Shown: positions 48,769 to 59,103, counted from the first letter of the stretch. The stretch: 64,000 bases of DNA from a bacterium (GCA_037131675.1 JBAXQO010000003.1:2487-66486), one strand, 5' to 3'. Notes: generated by a model from the letters alone, not told the origin. Numbers and translations: made by a program.

Positions 48769-49368
48769 ATGGATGATAAAACAATAAATACATATAACCT
48801 TTTAGCAACTGATTATGACAATGAAACTATTGATTTTTGGGAAAGATTTCCACCAACAATAATCAATGAATTTGTTTCAAATACAAAAAAACTTGGGAGA
48901 GTTCTAAATGTGGGTAGCGGTCCAGGTAGAGATGGACTGATTCTGCAGAAGAATGGTCTTGACGTGACATGTCTAGATGCGTCGGAAGCGATGGTAAAAA
49001 TGTGTAAAGAAAGAGGTTTAATTTCTTTGGTTGGGGATTTTAATAAAATGCCGTTTGAAAATGAGGTGTTTGATGGTGTATGGGCATACACATCACTCCT
49101 CCATGTTCCAAAAGAAAAAATAGATATTTCTATGTCGGAAATTGTACGCGTACTTAAGAAGGGTGGGGTTCTCGGACTCGGTCTTATTGAAGGAGATTTT
49201 AATGATTATCGAGAAAGTTCAGGTGTAGGAATGCCACGATGGTTTTCTTTCTACACAAAAGAAGAAGTTGAAAAGCTCCTTCAGAAATTTGGTTTTGAGA
49301 TAGTTCATTTTGAACAGTTCAAACCTGCATCAAAAAATTACCTAAACTTTATTGCGCGACTAAAATAG
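48769..49368 (+). CDS. Class I SAM-dependent methyltransferase
   Basis: VLNVGSGPGRD, FDGVWA, LKKGG. Confidence 0.92.
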   Translation: MDDKTINTYNLLATDYDNETIDFWERFPPTIINEFVSNTKKLGRVLNVGSGPGRDGLILQKNGLDVTCLDASEAMVKMCKERGLISLVGDFNKMPFENEVFDGVWAYTSLLHVPKEKIDISMSEIVRVLKKGGVLGLGLIEGDFNDYRESSGVGMPRWFSFYTKEEVEKLLQKFGFEIVHFEQFKPASKNYLNFIARLK

Positions 49369-49391
49369 GAGGTGGTATAATACTATTCATT

Positions 49392-49742
49392 ATGATGAAC
49401 AGTAATTTATATTATCCACAGCGTTTTGACACAGGTTTTGGTCATGGATTTGGTTTTGGCCCAGGTTGGTTTTTGGCAACTGCACTTTTCGGAGGTTTGT
49501 TTATAGTAATTGTTTTAATATCTCTTGCACTTAAAGGTTGGGCTTTGTGGACTGCTGCAAAGAGAAGAGAGAAGTTTTGGTTTATTGCACTTCTTTTTAT
49601 AAACACATTGGGTATTCTTGAATTAGTTTACCTTATCTTTTTTGCAAAAGTTTTGTTTAACAAAAATTGTTGCAAACATGAGGGTTGTACATGTGGAGAT
49701 TGTGATAAATGCAAACAAACAGAAGATAAAAAAGCTGAGTAG
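49392..49742 (+). CDS. DUF5652-like membrane protein with Cys-rich tail
   Basis: KGWALWTAA...WF...INTLGILELVY. Confidence 0.75.
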   Translation: MMNSNLYYPQRFDTGFGHGFGFGPGWFLATALFGGLFIVIVLISLALKGWALWTAAKRREKFWFIALLFINTLGILELVYLIFFAKVLFNKNCCKHEGCTCGDCDKCKQTEDKKAE

Positions 49743-49760
49743 ATGTTAGTATAAAAATTA

Positions 49761-49805
49761 GGAATACAAATGCGCGGCGCCTATGGCGCCGCGCATTTGT
49801 ATTCC
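49761..49805. terminator. 21-bp stem hairpin between convergent genes
   Basis: GGAATACAAATGCGCGGCGCC-tat-GGCGCCGCGCATTTGTATTCC. Confidence 0.7.
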
Positions 49806-49819
49806 CCTAAACATTTTAT

Positions 49820-50461
49820 CTAATGCGCGATAGTATAAGCAATAACGTGACGTGCTCCAGCTTTCAAAAGTTCACCACGAGCCTCTCCCAATGTTGCTCC
49901 CGTTGTCCACACGTCATCTATCAATATAATATTTCTCCCTCTAATTTTTTCTGAAAAGTCTACTTTAAATGAATTTTTTAAATTTATCAGTCTAGCGGAT
50001 TTATTTTTTGTATGAGCTTGGCTATCAGTATTTTTTGTCTTAGTGAGTATTTTATATGAAGTCTCAAAAGATTTGTTTATGTCGATTCTTTCAAGTTCAC
50101 GGACAATCCTTTCGCATTGATTGAATCCATGTTCTTTCATTCTTCTCTTTGTGGCAGGTATGGGGATCATTATTGGCTCTCGAAAATCTATCATTAAATG
50201 AATATCTCCTAAATCTTCTAAAATATGTTCATGAAGCATCTCTGCCACGGCTCTCACTAAGGTTTTATTTCCTTTGTATTTTATATCCCAAATAAGTTTT
50301 TTTGTTTTGCTATTTTTATAGTGGAAGAGTGAGAAAAAAATCGGATGCTCATTCGTGGCTTTTGGCAAATCAAGTAGCCCATCTTTTTCTTTTGTGAGAG
50401 TGTTCGAACCGAAAACTACGTCAATGACATATCCCCAGATTTTCTCCATCAACTCTTTCAT
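49820..50461 (-). CDS. comF: ComF family (ComFC-like) phosphoribosyltransferase-fold competence protein (ATG at 50461 preferred)
   Basis: IKY, HGFNQ, ILIDDVWTTGATL. Confidence 0.88.
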   Translation of the reverse strand: MKELMEKIWGYVIDVVFGSNTLTKEKDGLLDLPKATNEHPIFFSLFHYKNSKTKKLIWDIKYKGNKTLVRAVAEMLHEHILEDLGDIHLMIDFREPIMIPIPATKRRMKEHGFNQCERIVRELERIDINKSFETSYKILTKTKNTDSQAHTKNKSARLINLKNSFKVDFSEKIRGRNIILIDDVWTTGATLGEARGELLKAGARHVIAYTIAH

Positions 50462-50501
50462 ATATATATTATATATATGATACAATAAAACAATATTTTG
50501 T

Positions 50502-51644
50502 ATGTCTAATTCTTTTTCTGAAATATTCAATAATTTTTTTAACTCAAAGGAGGAGAGTGTTGTTGGTGTTGATATAGGTTCATCTTCCATTAAGATTGTC
50601 CAACTGAAAAGAAAAAGAGGTAAGGCTGTGCTTGAAACATATGGAGAGCTTGCACTAGGTCCATATGTAGGTTTTCAAGTGGGGCAGGCTACTAATCTAT
50701 CTCAAGAAAAAATAGTTGAAGCTCTTAAGGATATTATGGATCCAAAAGTTGCTAACATAACCACTAAAAATTGCGGAATAGCAATTCCAATAAAATCTAG
50801 TTTAGTATCCACAATCGAGATGCCTAATCTTTCTGAGAAGCAGCTAAACCAGATGATTCCCATCGAGGCCAGAAAATACATTCCAGTACCGATATCTGAG
50901 GTTACGCTTGACTGGTTTGTTATTCCAACCGAGGCAGATATTCCAGAAGAATCATCCGAAGATCTTCCAGACCAAAAAACTGCTGCGGTGGTGGAGAAAA
51001 AAACACATGTGTTGATTGTTGCTATTCACAACGATGTACTTACTCGTTTTTCCAACATTGTCACAAATGCACAGCTAGATGCGGGATTTTTTGAAATAGA
51101 AATGTTTAGTACTGTACGTGCAAGTTTGGATCAAGACACCAACCCTGTGCTGGTTTTAGATATGGGAGCTGCAACAACAAAACTTTATATTGTGGAAAAA
51201 GGAGTGGTTAGAAATTCCCACATCATCAGTCGTGGTTCTCAGGATATTACACTTTCCATATCTTCAGCTTTGGGTGTTCCCATGGATAGAGCAGAAAAAC
51301 TCAAACGTAATTTTGGATCAAATTTGGCAGAAGAAGACAAGCAAGTTGGTGACATTATAGGCCTCATAATTGACCCAATATTATCTGAAGTTGGTAGTGT
51401 TTTGTTGAACTATGAAAAAAAATACAATAAAAACATTTCAAAGGTACTTGTAACAGGTGGGGGAGCTGCTCTCAATGGCTTTACTGAATATGCACAAAAA
51501 AAGCTGACAACTTCTGTTGTGTGCGCTGATCCTTTTTCCAAAGTTGAGACTCCTGCGTTCTTGACTGATGTTCTAAAAAAGACAGGTGTGAGTTTTTCTG
51601 TTGCTTTAGGTGCGGCATTGCGAAGATTGCAAGAAATTTCATAG
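50502..51644 (+). CDS. pilM: Type IV pilus assembly protein PilM
   Basis: VGVDIGSSSIKIV, LDMGA, VTGGG actin-like motifs. Confidence 0.93.
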   Translation: MSNSFSEIFNNFFNSKEESVVGVDIGSSSIKIVQLKRKRGKAVLETYGELALGPYVGFQVGQATNLSQEKIVEALKDIMDPKVANITTKNCGIAIPIKSSLVSTIEMPNLSEKQLNQMIPIEARKYIPVPISEVTLDWFVIPTEADIPEESSEDLPDQKTAAVVEKKTHVLIVAIHNDVLTRFSNIVTNAQLDAGFFEIEMFSTVRASLDQDTNPVLVLDMGAATTKLYIVEKGVVRNSHIISRGSQDITLSISSALGVPMDRAEKLKRNFGSNLAEEDKQVGDIIGLIIDPILSEVGSVLLNYEKKYNKNISKVLVTGGGAALNGFTEYAQKKLTTSVVCADPFSKVETPAFLTDVLKKTGVSFSVALGAALRRLQEIS

Positions 51645-51687
51645 CATTGTTTTTTCTTTCGTATTATAATATACACAGTTCATTTTT

Positions 51688-52329
51688 ATGGAACCAAAAT
51701 TTCAAACATCATTTATACCAAAAAAACCTATCGTGTCATCACAAGGTGTGGCGAGAGAGTCTATTAATTTTTTTATGATAATCGCTGTCGTGATTTTTCT
51801 TGGGAGTATAGTGCTTTCAGCTGCTGTGTATGGGTATAAATTTTTTCTAGATAAAAATGTTAAAGATCTTCAGTCGAGCCTAGTAACTGCTAGTGGACAA
51901 TTTGATCAAGACTTTATAAGTTCTGTAAATAGATTAAACACACGCATTGAAACTTCTAAAGACCTTTTGAATAAACATGTTTCAGCATCAACTATTTTTG
52001 GTTTCCTAGGGTCTCACACGTTGAAGACTGTCTCATATACAGACTTCACATATTCTCTGGATAATGACGGTACTATAAAAGTTGTGCTCAAGGGTGTTGC
52101 TCAAAGTTATGGCTCCATTGCTTTACAGTCAGAGGAGTTTGGTAAACAAAATCAATATATTAAAAGTCCTATATTTTCAGACTTGAATCCAGATCAAAAT
52201 GGTAATGTAGTTTTCACGCTCACAGCTCTGCTTGATAAGAACCTTATCTCTTATGTAAAAACACTTTCTCAGAATCCAACACAACAGAAAAATGTAGATG
52301 CGGGAGTAATACCAACTAATACTCAATAA
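51688..52329 (+). CDS. pilN: PilN-like protein
   Basis: SFIPK N-terminal motif, single TM, position after pilM. Confidence 0.7.
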   Translation: MEPKFQTSFIPKKPIVSSQGVARESINFFMIIAVVIFLGSIVLSAAVYGYKFFLDKNVKDLQSSLVTASGQFDQDFISSVNRLNTRIETSKDLLNKHVSASTIFGFLGSHTLKTVSYTDFTYSLDNDGTIKVVLKGVAQSYGSIALQSEEFGKQNQYIKSPIFSDLNPDQNGNVVFTLTALLDKNLISYVKTLSQNPTQQKNVDAGVIPTNTQ

Positions 52330-52330
52330 C

Positions 52331-52885
52331 ATGAAATCAATAACCCCTTTTATTTTTATTCTTGTCGCGGTTGTTCTCTTCTTTGGAGTAACAGATCCTT
52401 TATATAAACAGGTGATTACTCTGCGTGCGCAGGGGAACGAGTATAACGATGTTCTTGTTAAATCAACCCAGTTATTAGCAAAACGTAAGAGTTTGCAAGA
52501 GAAGTCTAACAGCTTTTCTCCTACAGATGTTGAGCGTCTTCGGAAACTTCTTCCAGATGGTGTGGACAACGTTAAGTTAATTATTGATATAGATGAGATT
52601 GCAAAGAGGTACGGACTTACTATAAAAAATGTGCGACTAGATGATTCCAAAACAACAAAGAGTGGAGTAAAAGATCCGGCGGCAACTATCACAGCAGGTG
52701 AATCAAAGTACGGTTCTATTCCGATGGGTTTTTCTGTTACTGCTGACTACTCAACATTTATGAATTTTTTGCAAGATCTGGAAGGGAGCTTGAGAATCGT
52801 TGATGTAACAAGTATTAGTCTTAAGCCGGGAACAAATGGTGTTTATTCATTTGATGTATCATTAAAAACTTACTGGCTTAAATAA
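52331..52885 (+). CDS. pilO: PilO-like protein
   Basis: TM, coiled coil, LLP, FLQDLEGSLRI. Confidence 0.8.
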   Translation: MKSITPFIFILVAVVLFFGVTDPLYKQVITLRAQGNEYNDVLVKSTQLLAKRKSLQEKSNSFSPTDVERLRKLLPDGVDNVKLIIDIDEIAKRYGLTIKNVRLDDSKTTKSGVKDPAATITAGESKYGSIPMGFSVTADYSTFMNFLQDLEGSLRIVDVTSISLKPGTNGVYSFDVSLKTYWLK

Positions 52886-52886
52886 T

Positions 52887-53342
52887 ATGTCATCCCTAAT
52901 AAAAACAATCATTACAATTGCGGTCTTGGCGGGAGTTGGTTTTGTTGGATATAACTATTTATCACGAGACACTTCATCTCCTGATGTGCTTCAAGTTCAG
53001 AAAGACGATCCTTCACAAATGGGTGCTCAGGTACTTTCTGCTCTAAATCAACTCCAACAACTAAAGTTGGATGAAAGTATTTTTAGCAATCCAGCATTCA
53101 AGAGTTTGAAAGACTTTAGTCGTTCAATTCCTGCTGAACCAATTGGTCGTTCAAACCCCTTTGCTCCCATTGGCGTAGACGTTGGTTCTGTGGCTACAAA
53201 TACATTAACTGTAGGCACAGCCGTACCTCCAAATAGTACTTCATCACCCCAGAGGGAGTTATTAAAAACATCTCAGGTTTCAAAGCCAAAATTGCCTATA
53301 CCTGAAAATTTACCAGTAGGAGTACAGGTATCAAATAATTAA
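52887..53342 (+). CDS. Pilus-associated protein (PilP-position)
   Basis: N-terminal TM, GRSNPF motif, after pilO. Confidence 0.65.
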   Translation: MSSLIKTIITIAVLAGVGFVGYNYLSRDTSSPDVLQVQKDDPSQMGAQVLSALNQLQQLKLDESIFSNPAFKSLKDFSRSIPAEPIGRSNPFAPIGVDVGSVATNTLTVGTAVPPNSTSSPQRELLKTSQVSKPKLPIPENLPVGVQVSNN

Positions 53343-53361
53343 GGTAGTTCACAATTTCGAT

Positions 53362-55074
53362 ATGACCTTCATTGACTTTCTTGTTGAAAAAAAAGTAATA
53401 GACAAAAATGATACAACCTTATTAAAAAATGATCTAAAGAAACTTTCTTTAGATGATGCTCTATTAAACCGTGGGCTTACCGGCAATGACATAATTGAGC
53501 TTAAGGGTGAATACTACAATATTCCTATAAGAAGCATTGAAGATGGGTCAGTTCCTTTTGATGTTTTGAAATATATACCAGAAGAATCAGCAACCCATTA
53601 TAATTTTGTTCCGATTGGCGTTCGCGACGGTTTTCTGGAGGTCGGTCTTGTTGATCCTGACAACATTGAAGCACGCGATGCTCTAAACTTCATTGCATCA
53701 AAAGTAAACATGCCATTTAAGGCATATCTAATAACGCCAGAAGATTTTAAAAGAGTTTTGGAAGTGTATAAAGGACTCTCAGGAGAAGTTACAAAGGCGC
53801 TTACCGAGCTCGATAGTGAGTTGTCAGAAGAAGAGGCTTTGTTGATGGATGAAAAAGGAACAATACAAAAATCTGTAACAGGAACAACGATTATTGAAGA
53901 TGCGCCTGTGACAAAAATTGTTGCAACCATACTAAGGTATGCTGTAGAAGGTAATGCCTCAGACGTTCATATAGAACCAATGGCGGATAAAGTTCGTGTT
54001 CGTTTCCGAATGGACGGCGAATTAGGTACAAGTTTAATTCTACCTCTTAAAGTGCTTCCTGCGGTTGCGGCTCGTATTAAAATTTTATGCAGTATGCGTC
54101 TTGATGAAAAAAGAAAACCTCAAGACGGTAGTTTTTCTGCTAAGGTTGAGGGAAGGCAAGTTGATTTTCGTGTCTCAACATTTCCAGTCGTGTATGGTGA
54201 GAAAGTCGTGATGCGTATTCTCGATAAAGAAAAAGGTGTAAAAAAACTTGAGGATTTGGGGATGACACCAGAAAACCTTGCTCTTATTAGGGAAGCAATA
54301 AAGCGACCGTTTGGTCTTATTCTCATTTCAGGTCCGACTGGTTCTGGTAAGTCAACAACTCTTTATTCCATGTTGAATGAAATCGATAAAGAAACTAACA
54401 ACGTGCTTTCTCTTGAGGATCCTGTGGAGTACAACATTCCTGGCATCAGCCAATCTCAAGTACGTCCAGAAATTGGTTACGATTTCTCGACAGGTCTTCG
54501 TACAACACTTCGACAGGACCCAGACGTGATCATGGTGGGGGAGATTCGTGATAAAGAAACAGCTCAGCTTGCTATTCAAGCTTCACTTACAGGACACCTT
54601 GTTCTCTCAACTATTCACACAAATAGTTCTACTGGTATTGTTCCTCGTCTAATAGATATGGGTGTTGATCCTTATCTTATTCCACCAACACTTATTTTAG
54701 GTATAGCTCAACGTCTCGTTAGAACACTTTGTCCTGGTGCAGGTAAGCCCTTGCCAATCAATGACAGTCTTACACTCATGCTAAATAAACAATTCGAAGA
54801 TTTACCAGAATCAAAACGTTCAAAAATTGTATTTCCAAGTGAAGTGCTTGCACTCTCACCATCACCAGATTGTCCAAGTGGAACCCGTGGACGAGAAGCT
54901 GTGATTGAAATGTTTAAGATGGATTCAGATATTGAAAAAGTGATTCTTCAAAGTCCTGTAGAATCAGAAATATATAAAGTTGTTCGCAATAAAGGAATGC
55001 TTACAATGAAAGAAGATGCAATTTTGAAGGCGTTCAATAAGAAAATTCCTTTTGAAGAAGTGAATAATTTGTAA
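53362..55074 (+). CDS. pilB: Type IV pilus extension ATPase PilB/GspE
   Basis: ASDVHIEP, PQDG, GPTGSGKST, LRQDPD, GHLVLSTIHTN. Confidence 0.95.
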   Translation: MTFIDFLVEKKVIDKNDTTLLKNDLKKLSLDDALLNRGLTGNDIIELKGEYYNIPIRSIEDGSVPFDVLKYIPEESATHYNFVPIGVRDGFLEVGLVDPDNIEARDALNFIASKVNMPFKAYLITPEDFKRVLEVYKGLSGEVTKALTELDSELSEEEALLMDEKGTIQKSVTGTTIIEDAPVTKIVATILRYAVEGNASDVHIEPMADKVRVRFRMDGELGTSLILPLKVLPAVAARIKILCSMRLDEKRKPQDGSFSAKVEGRQVDFRVSTFPVVYGEKVVMRILDKEKGVKKLEDLGMTPENLALIREAIKRPFGLILISGPTGSGKSTTLYSMLNEIDKETNNVLSLEDPVEYNIPGISQSQVRPEIGYDFSTGLRTTLRQDPDVIMVGEIRDKETAQLAIQASLTGHLVLSTIHTNSSTGIVPRLIDMGVDPYLIPPTLILGIAQRLVRTLCPGAGKPLPINDSLTLMLNKQFEDLPESKRSKIVFPSEVLALSPSPDCPSGTRGREAVIEMFKMDSDIEKVILQSPVESEIYKVVRNKGMLTMKEDAILKAFNKKIPFEEVNNL

Positions 55075-55089
55075 TATAATAAAATAACC

Positions 55090-55488
55090 ATGACAGATCT
55101 GAAACCAAAAGTACTTATAGTCGATGATGATAAATTTCTCATCGATATGTATGCATTAAAATTTACAAAAAAGGGTTACGAAGTAAATACTTCTTTAAAC
55201 GGAAGTGATGCACTTACCAAACTCAGAGATGGATATGTCCCAGATGTAATTGTCTGTGATATCATCATGCCGGTTATGGATGGGTTAAAGTTTTTAGAAA
55301 ATATGCGTGCAGAAAAACTCGCACCGAAGGCAGCTGTAGTCGTACTCTCAAACCAAGGTCAGCACGAAGATATAGAGAATGCTCAAGCTTTTAATATAGA
55401 TGGATACATTATTAAGGCACTTACCATTCCTTCAGAGGTTATCGACCAAGTTGATACTGTATATCGTGGTAAGGTAAATATTTCATAA
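55090..55488 (+). CDS. Single-domain response regulator
   Basis: VLIVDDD, CDIIMPVMDG, YIIK. Confidence 0.92.
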   Translation: MTDLKPKVLIVDDDKFLIDMYALKFTKKGYEVNTSLNGSDALTKLRDGYVPDVIVCDIIMPVMDGLKFLENMRAEKLAPKAAVVVLSNQGQHEDIENAQAFNIDGYIIKALTIPSEVIDQVDTVYRGKVNIS

Positions 55489-55497
55489 TTAAAAAAC

Positions 55498-56565
55498 ATG
55501 CCAACAGACTACGCAACAAGACTCGATGATCTTTTAGAAAATGTTATTAAAGAAGGGGCATCAGATTTACATCTTTCGGTAGATAGACATCCAACTGTAC
55601 GTATATCAGGAACTCTTGTTCCTATGGTAAATCAAGAGGTGTTGACTGAAGCTGACACAGAGGGGTTTTTAAAGCAGCTTCTAACATCTGTTAATCAAAA
55701 AGAATTTGAGGAGAATAAAGAAATAGATTTTTCATATAATTTTAAAGACAAATCGCGTTTCCGTGGAAATGGTTTTTATCAAAAAGGAAATGTCGGAATA
55801 GTTTTGCGTTTAATTCCAAAAACAATTCGTACTTTAGGTGAACTAAATCTTCCTCCAATTTTAGAAACTTTCTGTCAAAAAAAACAAGGTTTCTTTTTGG
55901 TAGTGGGTCCTGTTGGTCAAGGTAAAACAACCACATTGGCTTCTATGATTGAGATGATAAATCAACAAAGAGGAGAGCATATCATCACAATTGAGGATCC
56001 AATTGAATATATGTATGAAGCAAAGCGGGCCATGATAGATCAGCGTGAAGTTCGTCTTGATACAAAATACTTTCATACCGCTCTTGTTAGTGCTCTTAGA
56101 GAAGATGTTGATGTTATTTTTGTGGGGGAGATGCGTGATTTTGATACCATATCTGCCGCTGTTACTGCTGCGGAAACTGGACATCTTGTTTTTTCAACTC
56201 TCCACACAAACAACGCAGCTCAAACAATTGACCGAATCATTGATTCGTTTCCACCAGAACAACAAGATCAGATTCGTGTGCAGCTCGCAGGTTCACTGAT
56301 CGGTATATTTTCTCAGCGACTTATCCCTCGTGTCTCTGGGGGTCTTGTTCCTGCGTATGAACTTCTCATAAATAATAATGCGGTTTCAAATCTTATTCGT
56401 GAAAAACGAACACATGAGATAAATAATGTTATTGAAACTGGTTCAGAGCAGGGGATGATTGACATGAATAGATCTATAGCAGAACTTGTTCGCAGAGGTG
56501 AGATAAGTATTGAAAATGCATACTTGCATTCAACAAATCCAAAAACACTTGAGAGGTTGATTTAG
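55498..56565 (+). CDS. pilT: Type IV pilus retraction ATPase PilT
   Basis: ASDLHL, GQGKTTT, AAETGHLVFSTLHT, AVSNLIRE. Confidence 0.95.
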   Translation: MPTDYATRLDDLLENVIKEGASDLHLSVDRHPTVRISGTLVPMVNQEVLTEADTEGFLKQLLTSVNQKEFEENKEIDFSYNFKDKSRFRGNGFYQKGNVGIVLRLIPKTIRTLGELNLPPILETFCQKKQGFFLVVGPVGQGKTTTLASMIEMINQQRGEHIITIEDPIEYMYEAKRAMIDQREVRLDTKYFHTALVSALREDVDVIFVGEMRDFDTISAAVTAAETGHLVFSTLHTNNAAQTIDRIIDSFPPEQQDQIRVQLAGSLIGIFSQRLIPRVSGGLVPAYELLINNNAVSNLIREKRTHEINNVIETGSEQGMIDMNRSIAELVRRGEISIENAYLHSTNPKTLERLI

Positions 56566-56627
56566 TTTTAATTTTATAAGGGCCAGGTGCGCTTTGCGCA
56601 CCTGGCCCTTTGAGTTATAATGTACAC

Positions 56628-57836
56628 ATGTTATTTGTCTATAAAGCAGTTGATGCAAACGGATCAGATCAAAGTGGTTCGATTGATGCACTTAATGTTG
56701 ATGTTGCAATAAATTCACTTCAACGTAGGGGGTTTATTATTAAATCCATTAATGCAAAAGAAGAAACTGGTTCAATTTTACAAAAGAAGCTTTCAATATT
56801 TAACCCAATTTCAAACAAAGATGTTGTGGTTATGTCTCGACAGATTGCCACTCTTTTCGAGGCGCAAGTTTCAGCACTCCGAGTGTTTCGTCTTATAGCA
56901 AGTGAAACTACAAATCAAGCCCTTGCAGTTAAGCTCCAAGATATTGCAGATCTTTTGCAGGGAGGGGAATCTATTTCCAAGGCCATGGAAAAGCACTCAG
57001 ATGTTTTTACAGGTTTTTATATAAACATGGTGAAGGCAGGTGAAGAGTCTGGAAAGTTGGATCAAACCTTTGTATTTTTGGCAGACTACCTTGATCGTAA
57101 TTTTGAGGTTAGCACTAAAGCGAAAAACGCTCTTATCTACCCAGCCTTCGTTATTTTTACTTTCTTTTCTGTGATGGGGCTCATGCTTACTATGGTGATT
57201 CCAAAAATTTCGGGTATTCTCAAAGATTCTGGACAGGAAATTCCTGTATATACAAAAGTTGTTATGGGTCTATCAGATTTTCTTGTAAACTATGGAGTAT
57301 TCTTTTTGATCGTTCTTGTTATTGGTGCTTTTGTATTAATAAAGTATGTAAAATCAGATAGCGGAAAAGCTTCATTTGATGAATTCAAACTTTCTATTCC
57401 ATTTGTGGGGAATCTATACAAAACTTTGTACCTTTCGCGCATTGCGGACAACATGAACACAATGCTTACTTCAGGTATTGCTATGGTGCGCGTGCTTGAA
57501 ATAACAAAAGATGTTGTGGACAACAATACATACAACCGGGTTTTAAATGATGTTGTTGAAGATGTGCGTGGAGGTAATGCTGTTTCAGATTCAATGGCTC
57601 GACACAAAGAAATTCCTGGGATCATGACAGCGATGATGAAGATTGGGGAGGAGACTGGTAACCTTGGTGAGATTCTTTCTACGCTTGCAAAGTTTTATCG
57701 TCGTGAAGTTACAAACTCTATAGATACTCTTGTTGACCTTATTGAACCTGTAATGATTGTGGCTCTTGGTCTTGGTGTGGGTATTCTTCTCGCTTCTGTT
57801 CTTATTCCTATTTATAACGTATCATCTAGTTTCTAG
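56628..57836 (+). CDS. pilC: Type IV pilus platform protein PilC/GspF
   Basis: AGEESGKLD, ALIYP, IGEETGNL, LIEP. Confidence 0.95.
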   Translation: MLFVYKAVDANGSDQSGSIDALNVDVAINSLQRRGFIIKSINAKEETGSILQKKLSIFNPISNKDVVVMSRQIATLFEAQVSALRVFRLIASETTNQALAVKLQDIADLLQGGESISKAMEKHSDVFTGFYINMVKAGEESGKLDQTFVFLADYLDRNFEVSTKAKNALIYPAFVIFTFFSVMGLMLTMVIPKISGILKDSGQEIPVYTKVVMGLSDFLVNYGVFFLIVLVIGAFVLIKYVKSDSGKASFDEFKLSIPFVGNLYKTLYLSRIADNMNTMLTSGIAMVRVLEITKDVVDNNTYNRVLNDVVEDVRGGNAVSDSMARHKEIPGIMTAMMKIGEETGNLGEILSTLAKFYRREVTNSIDTLVDLIEPVMIVALGLGVGILLASVLIPIYNVSSSF

Positions 57837-58075
57837 AGGGTTAAAAATTAAACTATAAAAAACAAAAGATTTTTCCGAAGGAAAAATCTTTTGTTTTTGT
57901 ATTCTTATCCCACTCAATGCATAAGAGTCATATTTGGAGTTATCCACACTCTTAGCTAGTCGTATTATTCATAAACGCGGTATAATTAAGAACGCAGATA
58001 AAATATATAGGTGTCTCGAGCATCTTAAGTTTGCAGAATTATAAATAAGTTTTTAATAAACAAAATTTCATTCGA

Positions 58076-58561
58076 ATGAAAAAATATTCAAAAGGTTTTA
58101 CATTGATCGAACTCTTGGTGGTTATCGCCATCATCGGTATCCTTTCTTCAGTTGTGTTGGCTTCGTTGAACACAGCACGAAATAAAGGTAATGATGCTGC
58201 TGTAAAATCCCAATTGGCTTCTATGCGTGCGCAGGCAGAGATTTACTATGATTCAAATACTAACTATGGAGCTAACGCAACTCTAAATGCTACAGCTGTT
58301 ACTGGAACAGGTTGTGCTGCTCTAACTTCTACTCTTTTTGCTGATCCTACAATCAAAAATCAGGTTGCAGGTGCTGCAGGAGTAGGTCCTACTTATTGTT
58401 CTTTGGATGCTAATCCAGCAACAAAATGGGCAGTGGCAACAGTGCTTAAGAGTTCAAATACATCAGCTTGGTGTGTAGATTCTTCTGGTGCTTCAAAATT
58501 AGAAACTATCACAGCTAGTACGCCATCAACAGCAATTACAACTGCTGGAGTTTGTAACTAA
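58076..58561 (+). CDS. Type IV pilin, probable major pilin
   Basis: KG|FTLIELLVV; long upstream region with GGTATAAT; own terminator at ~58600-58632. Confidence 0.93.
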   Translation: MKKYSKGFTLIELLVVIAIIGILSSVVLASLNTARNKGNDAAVKSQLASMRAQAEIYYDSNTNYGANATLNATAVTGTGCAALTSTLFADPTIKNQVAGAAGVGPTYCSLDANPATKWAVATVLKSSNTSAWCVDSSGASKLETITASTPSTAITTAGVCN

Positions 58562-58692
58562 GGTTTAAAACTCAGATATTTACTTGCTGGTTAATATTTA
58601 AAACAAAACTCTCGTCACGAGAGTTTTGTTTTTTGTGGAATATTTATGATACAATAAAAGATAATAATTCTTATTAAATTATTATTATCTAA

Positions 58693-59103
58693 ATGAAAAA
58701 ATATTCAAAAGGTTTTACATTGATCGAACTCTTGGTGGTTATCGCCATCATCGGTATCCTTTCTTCAGTTGTGTTGGCTTCGTTGAACTCCGCAAGAACA
58801 AAAGCTAATGTAAATGGAGTAAAAGCAACAATGAAAGAGATGTTGAGTCAGTCTTCTATTTATTACGATTCACATAGTTATTCATACGGAAGCCCTTCAG
58901 ATTGTTCATCTGGAGTATTTTCAGATCCGGTTATACAGCAGGCCATTTCTTATATTAATACAAATGCGACATCAACTACATGTATTGGTACAAACGAAAA
59001 GTGGGCAATCTGGGCACAGCTTAAAGATGGTACCTACTGGTGTGTTGATTCAGTTCCAACAGAAAAAGTTAGCCATGATATTACAAACAGCATTTGTAAT
59101 TAA
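58693..59103 (+). CDS. Type IV pilin paralogue
   Basis: First 96 nt identical to the preceding pilin; WCVDS motif. Confidence 0.93.
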   Translation: MKKYSKGFTLIELLVVIAIIGILSSVVLASLNSARTKANVNGVKATMKEMLSQSSIYYDSHSYSYGSPSDCSSGVFSDPVIQQAISYINTNATSTTCIGTNEKWAIWAQLKDGTYWCVDSVPTEKVSHDITNSICN

